In this document: positions 51,924 through 64,000 of the stretch, in pieces
How the letters are laid out: the number at the start of each line of letters is the position of its first letter
Numbering within the stretch: position 1 is the stretch's first letter
NCBI GenBank assembly: GCA_002189035.1
Contig: NEEC01000009.1
Location: 2,356,001-2,420,000, forward strand
Length of the DNA: 64,000 nucleotides
Source of the DNA: Utricularia gibba
Taxonomy: Eukaryota > Plantae > Magnoliophyta
Direction of reading: 5' to 3'
Notes under the pieces: model-generated
The model's input: only the letters and a program-made list of their open reading frames with translations
Told to the model about the DNA's origin: nothing
Databases searched by the model: none
Position numbers and translations under genes: made by a program

Positions 51924-52612
51924 GGAATCCGGGGACGGAGAAGAAAGGAATCTGGAAGGATTCCAAATTCAGGGGTGGGTTCACTTCAAGATTCGTCGAA
52001 TTGTGGCCTCCGTGCTTTAATTTTAATAAGAGCCGCCCGGCGCGGGCCCCGCCTACTGCTTCGTGGCAAATGGCAATGCTCACTCAGAGTCGCTCCTTGG
52101 ACTTTTCTTTTTAAAAAACAAATTAAAATGCTTTTCCTTTATTTTTATTATTATTAACCAATTATCAAATAAAACATCTATATTTTTAATACAGAAATAA
52201 AAAAAGAATACAGCATGTGGGGGACATAGATTTTTTTTTTTAATAAAAAGGAAATGGCAAATTTCCTCAACTTTGGTTCGGCGGCGGCGGGAAAGCGCTT
52301 CTATGCCATGAAGACGGAATAGTTGACGAAACGGCGTCGTTTGCGGACTTTGTTTATTTTATTTCATTTTTGTTTTATGCTAACAGCAGCGAACATTTCC
52401 TATTCACACTGTGAACCATGAGGCGGTTCGCCGGTGGCCGGTAACCGTGGACGGTTAGGAACACGTTGAAATCCCGTTGCTTCCGATGCAGAAGGATTCT
52501 TTACATTTATGGCTTGGAAGAGTAAATGAGAGTCGCTGATGCTTGGTTCTATCACGGCCGAATCTTGTGAAATAATCAATGCTTTTTTGATACCCATTGA
52601 ACCAATTCGTCA

Positions 52613-53632
52613 ATGACGGTGATGTTTGTGGCAAGTTACGGATATCGAATTTCTGTTAGGGCATTTGGGATTGGGAAATTAGGATTCCCAAGTTGGTTTT
52701 CGGCTCAGGCCTGTCCAGGGGAAAGCACTGATGCAATTGTGAATAGAATTCTCGCGGCCGGTGAAGAACGCCCTTTTTGTAGGGAGGAAATTTGTTTAGA
52801 TTATATTCGAAAGCTGTGCGCTTCAGGGGATCTTCAATCTGCTGTTAAGGTCCCGCATGCTTTGATTGAGAAGCGGATTTTTCCTGGGTATCGTGCGTAT
52901 GATTATCTTCTGGAAGCCGCTGATAGGGAGAACGATTTTCATCTTCTCTTCCAGGTGTTCAGGGATCTTCATTTTTCATGCAGATCTGTTGGGCTGAATT
53001 CGTATCTCATTGTTGCTAAAGCTTTTGGTAAGCATGATGATTCTAGTATGCTGTTGAGATTTGTCGTTGATGTTTGTCATATGAAACTGATTAGAAGTGT
53101 TGGTGTGATTCTCAATAGGATTATCTATGCCTTAGCTAAATGTGGGTATCCTGACAGAGCTTTGTTGGTGTTTAATTACATGAAAAGTTCAAGAAACAAA
53201 CCAGACTTGGTTTCTTATAACACGGTTCTAGCATTTCTCGGCCGTCTTGGTCGAGTTGATGAAATGCTGTGTGAGTTCGATTGCTTGAAAAAGTCTGGTT
53301 ATCTTCCAGATATTGTGACCTATAATACCATACTGCATAGCTTGAGAAAGATGGGCAGACTAGATTTATGTTTGGTTTATTTCAAGGAGATGACTGAGAG
53401 AGGCATTCAGCTGGATGTAATAACTTTCAAAGCTCTCATTGAAAGTTATGGGAGATCAGGTAACATGGAAGAGGCTTTGAGAGTATTTGATGACATGAGT
53501 GGGAGGGGTATCCATCCTTCAATTCATATCTACAGAGCTCTTGTTTACAGTTTGAAGAAGATGGGAAAGCTAGATTTGGCTTTTCAATTTTTGGCCGAGA
53601 TGAAGAAACTTAAGGTTTGTGTCCATCTGTGA
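52613..53632 (+). CDS. P-type pentatricopeptide repeat protein (At1g11900-like)
   Basis: Tandem PPRs: PDLVSYNTVLAFLGRLGRVDEM, PDIVTYNTILHSLRKMGRLDLC, DVITFKALIESYGRSGNMEEALRVFDDM, PSIHIYRALVYSLKKMG. Confidence 0.92.
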   Translation: MTVMFVASYGYRISVRAFGIGKLGFPSWFSAQACPGESTDAIVNRILAAGEERPFCREEICLDYIRKLCASGDLQSAVKVPHALIEKRIFPGYRAYDYLLEAADRENDFHLLFQVFRDLHFSCRSVGLNSYLIVAKAFGKHDDSSMLLRFVVDVCHMKLIRSVGVILNRIIYALAKCGYPDRALLVFNYMKSSRNKPDLVSYNTVLAFLGRLGRVDEMLCEFDCLKKSGYLPDIVTYNTILHSLRKMGRLDLCLVYFKEMTERGIQLDVITFKALIESYGRSGNMEEALRVFDDMSGRGIHPSIHIYRALVYSLKKMGKLDLAFQFLAEMKKLKVCVHL

Positions 53633-54000
53633 GCATTATCAGTTTTTAAAAGAAAGCAGGGATGACTCTGTTGCTTGTCAGTAAAAGGCCGGGGCTTTAG
53701 AACAAAAGAAGATTTTGTGTTTCAGGGTGTTCTAGAGAATTGTGTCAACCTCATTGGATTCCCAGTACAAAGATGAACGTGGTAATCTTGTCGGCAAAAA
53801 AAAATAAAAAATAAAAAAAGATTCTGAAGCTTCACATAAAGATGTCCGAACCCAAAATGTCATTGTAATCGCATTGTAATGGCACAGGGAAAACTACAGA
53901 AATGAATGACTGCATGTGCAAGGCCGGTGCTTGACTCATGCATCTTTGTAGCTCAGATATGTATCTGCATCTGGTTGAGAATCGATCATTATTCTCAGCT

Positions 54001-56602
54001 TCATATACGACTTGAATCTCTGCCGAAAACATATCGCTTTGCCCAGTCTCCAACAACCAGGTACCTCGTGCGCCAGCTAACTTGCTTGCTGCATGTAAAC
54101 CAAGATCATATCCACTTTCAAGTACTATTTCTTGTAAGATATTGACTCACCTTGCGTATACAGAGTACCAAAGCCACTGTGAACTCCGGCCGATGGAAAC
54201 CCAGTCTCCAGGCAACTCTGCTGCTGCTTGTTCTCCTCCGAGGGGGGCAAATTGGCCAAGATGCTTGTACCTGCAGGGCCAACGTTGATACTCTACTCGA
54301 GCATGAATCAAGTTGGTTCACAAGTTGAGGTTGTTTGCTTGCCAACCTGAACGGGCGAAACTCGTGACGGCCTCCGCTTTTGAATTTGCGAGGCCCTTCA
54401 GGATTTGATACGCATTTCTCCCGAATATTGAAGCAGTGAGCAAGATATTCTCCTTGTTGAGCAGCAACCTTGGATCAAGAGATGTTAGGATTGATTTGCC
54501 AAAGCAGTGAAACGCATTGCAAGTACCTGTGCAGTAGCGGGAAGGCTCTTCATCTGTTTATCTGCGTTGGAAAGAGCCAACTTGAAACCTTCAATATCCA
54601 CTTCTTCCTTTTCTTGTCCCTCCACCTCTCTTAGAAGGTCAACAGGATCAAATAAATGCTTGTTCTTCAGGTATAGTTCCACTTGAGGGTACCGGATGAT
54701 GATGTCTTCAATCACCTCCTTGAATTCATCAATTGTTAAGGTGCCGGAATTGTCAGTGTCTGCAGCCTTGAAAATCTCAGAGATATCGTCCTGGAAGAAG
54801 GAAATATTACAAGGATGATGTAGGTGGCAATATCTGCAGGTATTGTTAGTTGAAAACAAGTATTTGCATTACGATGATTCTCTTTTGGTTTATTGTTGCA
54901 CAATCACCAAGAGCATACACATCATCACATCCTTTTACTCGCAGCCACTCATCAGTTGCCAGAACACGCCGCGAACCCTGCACCCAAGCCAATAGCAGGA
55001 CCCGTTCAGAAGCAAAATGGAGGTGGGAAAGGGGTGAAGACAACAACCCAAACCACCGTACCTGGTCAATATGTTGCATGAAGTCCTTGACAAATGGCCT
55101 TGTACAAATTCCAGTTGACCAGATCACCATTCCATGAGGTATTGATACATTCTCGTCAGTGGATTTCATCTTCATGTGAATCATTCGCTCAGAGACACTC
55201 AAAACACGCTTCCCCGTAAGGACTTCGATCCCATCTCTTTGGAATTTCTGTTCTGCAAACTTGCTAATCCTCTCATCAAACCTACAGAAACACAAGGTGG
55301 TGAGATGCAGCGCAATGCTCGAACCTCTGCGTAGATGGAACTGAAGAAGAACACTTTTACAGCTTACGAGTTCAAGATATGATCCCCGGACTGTATCAAT
55401 GATATTTTCACAAGATCTTGGAGACTCGGGTAAAGATTCACCAAGTCTTCATGAATGAAGTCATGCAGTTCAGCTGCAAATTCCACACCAGTAGGCCCCC
55501 CTCCTACTATAACAAAGTGGAGGTTAGTCCTGCGCTCTTCTTCTGTCAGCTCAGGAAGAATAGCTTTCTCAAAACAGTCTATTACAGTCCTGCGGATCCT
55601 CTGAGCATCCTCCACTTCCTGCAATAATTTTTGTTATAGAAAGGTTAACTCAGTTTTGTACTTTCGGTTTTTGGCAGCAGGGGGTGTCACCTTGAGAAAA
55701 TGGCAATGCTCTAGGACGCCCGGAGTGCCAAACGTATTGACTTGTGCTCCAACAGCCACAACCAGATAATCATATTCCAGTGAGAAATCATCCTTCCCTG
55801 CCAAGCTTTCATCCACCGTGGATCGGCAAAAAACCCTTTTGCTATTTGGATCAATCTTGAGGCACTCTGCTTCCCAGTACTTGATTTCACCTTTTTTCTA
55901 GCCAAGGAAACGGCTTGTTAATCGACACACAGAGGGGGCTCATGTTATAATGTGTTGCATTTGGGTCAGTACCCTTTTGATGAGGTTTCTAATGGGTTCC
56001 ACGATGCTTCGTGCTTCAACTGTTCCACAGGTGACGCTGGGTAACAAAGGGGTGAAAGCGAAGTAATTCCTCGGCGAGACAACCTGAACATCATAAGATG
56101 AGATATCCAGATTTCTCAAGAAACTAGTGGCTGCCCAGCCTGTTCCAAGAACTATGACCCTCTTCTTCTTCTCTTTCTCCGTTTCATTCTTCTCGCCAAC
56201 GCCCGACGCCGGCTCGGCGGCAGCATATGCTGTCAAGCTTCCTCCGCTGGAAAGTTGAAAACCAGAAGTCAACAAAATAGCTCTTACGAAGCCACTGTTT
56301 ATTCAGTTGGAAGATTTTGAGCCTATTCTAGCGTGATTTCACGTGGAAAGGTGTTATTCAGTTTTAGGTGGAATTGGATTCCTTGATCCGATCAACTGAT
56401 AAAGAAAGAAAATGTTGAAGCTTTTTCCCGTCGTACCTCGGAACACGATAAAAACCAATGATTGGGGATCGCAATGACCACCAAAGTATCTGGATATGCA
56501 AAGGGAACTGAAATCGAACCTGAGAGAAGCTAGAACCAAAATCCTGAGTGTTGCAGGAGATGGAGGAACAAGAATCCGACGAAATGATGAATAAAACCCC
56601 AT
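54001..56602 (-). CDS. NDB1: External alternative NAD(P)H:ubiquinone oxidoreductase B, NDB1 type (mitochondrial, EF-hand)
   Basis: VIVLGTGWA, VSPRNYFAFTPLLPSVTCGTVEARSIVEP, FVIVGGGPTGVEFAAEL; LIQSGDHILN (Gln at the pyridine-specificity site, as in NADPH-type NDB1); EF-hand DTDNSGTLTIDEF; ends VGDWAKRYVFGRDSSRI. Confidence 0.95.
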
Positions 56603-57071
56603 GGATCAACTCCAACTCCACTTCCAACCCCAACTCCTCAACGAAAAACAGGCAGCAATTTCGTTTCAAGTACTGTCGGTGGTCCGTTTTGGTCCACCCC
56701 CCAGAAAATCAACGCCCTTTCCAGAAAGCTAAGTGAAGAAGACGAACAGTAAATGTCATCCGATGGCTCCAATTTTCCAGCACCTAATATGACGTTGAGT
56801 GGAGCACGACGGAAAATCAAATTATTGTAACTTCCCATTCATTAGTTTCTTTGACTTCAATGCTTTCATTGTATCCCTCGCTGTTCTTCATTCTGGTATT
56901 AAAAGTTTTTGAATAAATTTGACAGGATGTCTGGTCAGTATTTAGTTAAGTTGATCCTTCGAGCAGAGCTCCAGGAACTTTGAATCCAATCAAATCCAAG
57001 TAAAATTAGTACACTGAATATGGATCTGGTTCATTAGAGAAATAACAGGATCAGGATCAGGCACAGCAGGA

Positions 57072-60000
57072 TCATCCGCCAAAGAGAAATGAGGCAGCTT
57101 GTTCTTCATTGCCACCAAAAAGCCTCAGTGCTTCAACCACTTGTTCCCTACTGAACCCCAGTTGCACGAGCTTTTCAACTTTAGCTTCGGAATCGGGTCT
57201 CTGCAGTCGAAATCAAAAACCATTGCACAGGGCGTCTCGCCGAAGAAGCAAGAAAACAAGGAAGAGCAGATTAAAACATGATACATACCTCAGAACCAGT
57301 CCTTGGACCAAGTCCTGTAGTTTTTGCAACATGGAAGGAAGAAAAAAGGTTAGTTTCAGAAAGAGGGAAAAAAATATCGAGCCTTACAAAACAATGATGG
57401 AGTCACTTGTAGATAATACCGTAAAAACACATACACACATTGCATGGACAAGGGACTGACTGTAGTGGCTGTTAGCCTAAAGTTCAAGATGGGTTTTCTG
57501 AACTTGTTTGGCACGGATTCTGTGTTCTAAACTTACCCGTGTACTCAGAATGTTTGTTCAATTCTCTGCTAGATAAGGAAAGGGTGTATATAGAGAAGAC
57601 AGCAAAGTCTATGGGATTTCGTGTATGGCAAAAAAAATTAGCTAAGGTGTCATTGTCGGCAAAGAGCAATAACAGGCCACAAAATCATCATCAGTAATTC
57701 TTGAATGAGAGAAAAAAAGAGAGCAGAAAACTGACCAGACGAAGCCCCTGCTGTTGAAAGCATTTGTTCTCTGGCTGCAGGTTTCTCCTGATAACCGAAA
57801 CATATTTGCTAGGTTTAAAAGGAATGGAGTAAGAAAATGTATCAGTAGAAAATGCTTACGCACTTGTGTCACACCAGAGATGGAGGCTTCCTTGGAGCGT
57901 CTCTCTTCATCAAAAAACTGGGAGGGAATGTCCTTCTCTGATATCATTCAGCAGCAGGGAGATGAAAATAAAGACCAGAATAGAAGTGATGTTTGAGAAG
58001 AAACAGTGAAATATCCAGCATAAATACCAGCAAGAAAGGGCACAGCAACCTCCCCCCCCCACTCTCAGCACGTTGTCCTTGAGATCAATAATGCACTGGA
58101 CATAATAATGTCGTAAGTGAAAAACCACATTTGGTTTAATAAAATTCAAAAAAACATTTCACCGATGATAAAGGCTTTACTTGGTGCTTGCGAAGCATAT
58201 CCAGACCAAAGAGAAACTCCATGTTGGGGAATCCAGCACGATGAAGGAACATGGATAGAATATACTTCCAATCTGGCATATTAAATATTTAAGTAAAACA
58301 GGAACTCGAATTTGGTAATGCAGAATTGAAGAACAGAGATTCATTTGATACATGAATAACATAAAATATAGCATAAACACCCAAAAGAGAGAGAAACTGC
58401 AGTCATTGCCAGCATACTTTAATTGGAGCAACATGTATGCGCCCTATAATTTCTGACTGGCCAACTCCGTGTGCAATACCTTTATACCTAGTATCCAAAA
58501 GCCTTAATAACCTAGAGAACAAAATAAAAGGTAGCTGCGTCACCAAAAGCCAAAAATTGAATAATCAGTAGTTTTGAGGATGACTGACCCACAACGTTCA
58601 GCACAGCTTTTTGATATAATTGTAGACTGAGCCCCACTGTCAACAAATGCCTATGGAAAAGAAATATGGAGATATAACTATGATACCAGACAAGCTTTTT
58701 CCATCAAATCTGATTTGAGACACATGACACATCACTGTATAAACTTTACACCTTCAGTGGGACACCATTGACTTCCATGTCCACATACAGCATTACCTTC
58801 AGTGGGAAATAATAATAAGTTTAAACCTTAAAAGTTACAATAACCCAGAATTCAAATATAATTTTTGCAAACAAGTTACCACTCGTGCAAATCCTTCAGG
58901 ATTGTACTCCAAGGCTGCCGCCCAGTTCTCATCAATGCCTTTCTGCAATACAAGAACAGGAATAACAGGCTCAAGCTATTTGAAGAAGAATGCAGTGCAA
59001 AAATGTGCAAGAAAATGGATTGCTTAATCATCAGCATCAGTTAAAAAAGACATAAGAAAACCAAATAATATACAATAAAAAAGAAACGAGAGGTTGGTTT
59101 GTTTGGCATCAGCATCAGTTAACAACCATATCAACACAATCATAACCAAAAACAGAACATCTCGAAATACGCCACAAACAACAACCATCCTGTCCAAAAG
59201 ATGACCAAAACCCTAACAGTATGTTTCTCTACTGCAACAAAACTACACCCTCCCGACCTAGCAACATAACTCTCTATCGAAACTAAATGTAGATTGATAT
59301 AACCTCCCTGTATGACACAAAACCAGAGATACGACATAAACTAAATAAACTGGGGAGGTTAAGGAGAAGCCTTGCAAACCTATTGTAAGCTAGAAAACAG
59401 AAAAACACCGACATGATAAAGGGCATAAAGTTGCTAATTTAAAAAAAAAACAGTAAATAATGCCTGTCGTATGGCTGCTTCAATTTTCTTTTGAGCCTCC
59501 ACATCAAAGGGATCTGCATAAAGCAAAGCCTGCAAAAGTAAATCAGAAAAACATGTCGGATGAAATGCACTCCAGCTCGATTAAGTAGGTAACCAGAATA
59601 TCAAAGACATCATGCTTCTCATGCATCTAATCAGAGAAACCATTAACATTAACCAGATGAAATTTCCAATACTTGATAACAAATTTAGCATGCATACAAT
59701 TGCAGCACGACTTCCCATCAAACATCAGTTATCATCTAAAAGATAGTTAAATAATTTAAAAATGTAACCAGCTAATAATTCCCAATTCTACCACCAAAGT
59801 CCAGTATTGTTGAACAAATTCATCAGTAAAAATGACTACTTTTTGGGCACAAAGAGGCACACCCATGCAATTTTAATATATAAAATAACAGAAGCAAATG
59901 TACATATGAATCCAAAGATGAAACAGACCATCTCCTCTTCGTGTTGGCGCCTTAATTCATTTCTCTGTTGATTTCGTACACGTAATAGTTCTTGCAGCCT

Positions 60001-60998
60001 GTTGAGATCATTTCCGAGAATAGCTTGTGCTAACTCAGGATCATTCTGTGTGTTCAATAACACTAGGCCTTAGTTTAAAATGATTAATGATCAAACAAAT
60101 CTTATAACTAACTTTCCGTACCTGAAACAATTGGGTCATTATATTAGGATCATTGCGCAACTGCTGTTGAAAGGCAGAGGCGTTCACTGCTGATCCATCA
60201 GGATTGAAGCCGCCTAGGTTTTGGGGCCCTCCAACTCTACTATACTCAGACAACACATACTCAATGAGGACGAAGAAGGAATCAAAAACATTCCTTCTAC
60301 ACATTTCCATTGAAAAAAGAAATTGAAAAGATGAGGATCTCATTGTTAAAACCATAGCCAAGTATTGAAAGTTACAAGGCTTATGAAAGCTGCATATTTG
60401 CAGACGACACATGATATTTTCAATTTACATGATATGTCAGCTCTAATCCTAGTCATCTACAACGAAAGTTAACCTGGATTGTATTGATGACAAGGCACCA
60501 GAAACCATCATAATCAGATCTCCATCGCTGACCCCAACAAAACTCAATTTCTCGGAGTTACCCATCTCCCTTCCATTATACAGCAACTGCTGGTTGTGAT
60601 GAGGAACCTGGGTCTGTTCACTCAAAGTTCAAATTACATGGAGTTACACCCTACTACCAATTACTATCTCTACAAAGACCAGAATCAATCAGGACAGATT
60701 TAACCTCAACTTCTAGCAGCGCTTTCAAGTTCTCAACCTGGAAAAAGAAATGCGATGTGGGTGGGTTCTTTCAAGTTTCAACCATAAAAATGTCAAGAAA
60801 CTAGGAAAGAAAATAAAAGAAAAAAAAACAGCAAACGGCCTCAAAACATCATAGAAAATCCAAATATGAGATCTTTCGATTTCCGGCCATAAAACCGCCT
60901 CAAAACATGGAATTCCAGTAAGGATGAATTACAGTTTCCTCCCGATCAACGTCAAGCGTGACGATTTGCTCGTCGGCTGTCATCACAGTAATCTTCAT
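57072..60998 (-). CDS. DDI1: DNA damage-inducible protein 1 (UBL, retroviral-like aspartyl protease, UBA), multi-exon; apparent frameshifts at 58226-58229 and 58052-58060
   Basis: MKITVMTADEQIVTLDVD, ADPFDVEAQKKIEAAIRQKGIDENW, MLYVDMEVNGVPLKAFVDSGAQSTII (catalytic DSG), UBA KLVQLGFSREQVVEALRLFGGNEEQAASFLFGG*. Confidence 0.96.
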
Positions 60999-62130
60999 CT
61001 TTCTCCGGCTCCCAAGTGTTGAAGGGATTGTAGATCAATTGGGCAATTAAACACAACAATGGAATCCGAGGAACGTTCTCGAATTGAGTAGAGCGACAGC
61101 TCCTCTGCCGTACTTCCCAAGTTATCTTCCCCTTCACTTGACCGTCTTCGCTTCCATCTAGACCTCTTCTTCCCCTTGGGTTTTCTTCGCAACAAGTAAT
61201 TTTCAACTACAGAATTTTATTTTTATATTTATCGCACTTTATATTCTAAAATAACAAATATAAACTCAACATTCATTGCAAGAAATCGATCCGTCTGTGG
61301 AACGAATTCCAGTAAATTCGAAAGCGCTCGGGAAAAAAACCAGGTAGGTTTTCATCCATCCCGCGCGATCCGCATCCGCTTCTCCATTTCCTTTCATCTC
61401 CAGATTAATTTTCGCACACGGAATTCCGGTAACGAATCACGATCGCCGCCACAAAATCGGATCTGCCGGACGTTCACAGATGAGGAGTTGTTCAATTCTA
61501 CGGCGTATACACAGCATTTCGCCGGCGTATTCCTCGATCGAAGTATGGATAAAATTTCTTCTTTTTTGTGTGTGAGTCGATGATTAGTAGTTAATTTCAC
61601 TCCTGCATACGTGGTGTGCATGTATAATCCTCCTGTTTTCACCTTTGGATTTTATACACAAATTCTATTTTATACCGTGCTTTTCGAATTCAATAATTTT
61701 TAATTATATTTTAAAAAATATTATTGAATATATTTTTCGATTTAATTATTTAAAAAATATTATTGAATATTTTAATTATAAAAAATGTTTTTTTGAATGA
61801 CAACGTGACCATCGCGTCATCTCCAACTGGCAGAACGGAACGTGACAAGCGCTGTAATGTTAGCGCCGGATATTCCTTTTATTGGACCAAAGTATCTGAA
61901 ATAAATATATGTGTACCCGCCTACCACAATAAAGGGCAGTCGCTTTCAGTAAAAAAATTCCACCTTCAATAAATGTGCAACTCTTTCTTGGTATTCATTT
62001 GTACTGCCGCTCTCTCCTCGAATCTCCCACGCCGACGCACCAGTCTCTGACCCGGCGGCTGATTTTTCTCCGCCGCACGTCTCGGATTTCGACTGCCGTT
62101 GGGCTGGATCTGGTGACGCGCTCTGAGGCG

Positions 62131-64000
62131 ATGTCGTCGGGGAGGTACATGGCGTACTCGCCGTCTCCCTCCGCACCTCAGTCTCCGCATATCGGCTACG
62201 CGGGATTCCACGGTTCCTTTGATCGTGTCGATCTTGAGAAGTAAGTCGCTGTGCTTCCTATTGTTTTCGTAGCGATGACAGGGAGTTCATGGCCTGTTGC
62301 GGAGTGATTCGGGTGTTGTGTTACCGATCAATCGGCGCTTTTGCTTTCCTCCTGTACTGTTTGTCATTCTTCTCCCTTTTTGAGACTGTGCGTTTCAGTG
62401 TGTATCAGAAAACGAAAAGTTTACTAAATAATGGTTTAGAATGCGGAGGAGTCGGTCGTGTATATAGTATGTGTTGCTTCTCCGCCGCTGCACATGTATA
62501 TTTCTCGTGTTTGTGATCTCAAGCAGCTAGTAGACAGCTGCCTTTATATCGTACAGAAAATGAGTAAAGGGAGAAACTGTTTCTTTTCATGAAAAGAATA
62601 AAGCTGCCATCTTTGATTATTTTCTGAGAGCTTCTAAACCAGCGCATTACAGAATTTCAAATCTACGCTTAATTCTCCCCATAATTCTGGATCTGTTATG
62701 ACCTTGCTATTAATGCTTCTGCTCATAATTTTCAGGTATTTGGTGGAGTTGCTAGATGAATGTAAAAAGCTCAATCCCTTTATGCCTGTGCTTCCAAATT
62801 GCTATCAGTTGCTGAATAAAGGTGAGCTTTTCTTGTTTTATGCGCAATTCTTAAAGATTCGGCTCCCCTATTGTGATTCAGTGTTCATTTTTCCTTATTC
62901 CATCATTTATTTCTGCATTCGGTCCCTGGTAATGTGAATCCGCTGATGAATACTTAAAACAGGGTTATGTAGTCTCTAGAATTATGTCGAAATGTTATTG
63001 TTGTCGTCATCGGTAGAGGTTTCATCATTGCCCGTTAACCTGGTAGCGGTGCACTGTTGTCCCATCAAGCAAAATGTTAATCTGATTTACACGAGATTGT
63101 GCTGATTTATGTCTCTTTCTGACCTGGCTTTTATTTTTGCTCTGCATGTGCCTCAGATATAGGCAGAAAAATCTGCCATTTGTAGTCAATTTCTATTCTG
63201 GGATTAGCACTGGCTCATTTCAACTTCAATGGGGAAAGCTTGAAAACTATTTCCCTTGTGTTGTTGAGCAACATGTGCAGTGACTAACCACTACAGAACC
63301 AGTAGTGTACACATTACGATCTTAACTATCTTTTTGGTGTGCATCTGTAATTTTAGCGCGCATGTTTTTCTAGGGATTTGGACTAACCAATTCACTATTG
63401 GCTAATGTTAAGCAGCCTAACTGGTGTATCTTATTTCAAAATTGACCTTTTTGAAGCAGAAATTTTGGATGTAACTACTCTGTTGAGGAATGCATCAGTT
63501 TTAGAACAAAGTGGGGCTGAACATGCAAGCCCCGTGGCTTCAGGAGGGATGTATTCAAATGCAGGAGCTAAAGTGAACGGATGGGCATCACCATTTCAAT
63601 CAGAAGTATGAATGCCAACCATTAACATAACCTTTATTTGATCTGATTATGCTATGTTTCACGCAATATAAATCCAAAATCTAATTCTAACTTTACTGTA
63701 CTGCATTCATTCTTTGACTCATTAGATTTGGGTTCTCGTAACAGGTCTGCGAAGCTAACAGATGACAAATGATATGCTATTTGCCCTTAGCCCACCTATT
63801 ATCCATCCTTCATTTGGCACAATATGTTCTTATTTGACATCTCTCTTCTGACCTCTGCTAACTGGCTTGTGCTTAAACTTAGATTAACATGTAGATTGCT
63901 TTTCTTTTTTAAATAGTTTCACAAGATCTGTATGATGAATGAATGAAGCATTTAGATAATGATATGCATGGCGTGTTTAGTTCAGTGTCAATACACTCTT
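62131..64000 (+). CDS. STAR/quaking-like KH-domain RNA-binding protein (At4g26480/At5g56140-like), 5' part only; exons 62131-62240, 62736-62821, 63460-63605; continues beyond the window
   Basis: MSSGRYMAYSPSPSAPQSPH, EKYLVELL..KKLNPFMPVLPNCYQLLNKEIL.VTTLL.NASVL.QSG.EHASP.ASGG. Confidence 0.9.

Noticed and set aside
1-64000. tRNA, rRNA, C/D snoRNA, CRISPR arrays, autonomous transposons
   Set aside because: GTTCGA and TGATGA hits lacked cloverleaf or C/D-box context; no repeat-spacer arrays or transposase/RT ORFs seen

Overview
Plant (eudicot) nuclear DNA from a very compact genome: about 20 apparently functional genes and 2 pseudogenes in 64 kb (about 1 gene per 3 kb), with mostly 65-100 bp introns and short AT-rich spacers. 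That density suggests a miniature genome such as Lentibulariaceae (inference only). Genes in order: WOX9, CHLI, a UBA2c-like pseudogene, a DUF688 protein, a GARP/SHAQKYF-type MYB, isocitrate lyase, a small membrane protein, SKI3, a KIC/PBP1 EF-hand protein, a DGK5-like kinase, TSP9, a TRM/DUF4378 protein, a DVL/RTFL peptide, a decayed PPR pseudogene resembling Arabidopsis At4g11690/ABO8, an RDUF RING ligase, Pumilio, a plastid membrane protein, an LPQEWTY-family protein, a P-type PPR, NDB1, DDI1 and a partial STAR/KH gene. No tRNA, rRNA, CRISPR array or autonomous transposon was recognised. Ten frameshifts in seven otherwise intact genes all fall in G/C homopolymer runs and are best explained as assembly errors. 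The UBA2c and PPR lesions are of other kinds and look like real gene decay. The best leads are the dead ABO8-like mitochondrial splicing-factor gene, a candidate poison/UBA-deleting cassette exon and a repeat-bracketed AG|GT exon in DDI1, and an orphan 48-codon ORF. I found no strong evidence of a wholly new biological system. Family assignments come from recalled protein motifs, not database searches.
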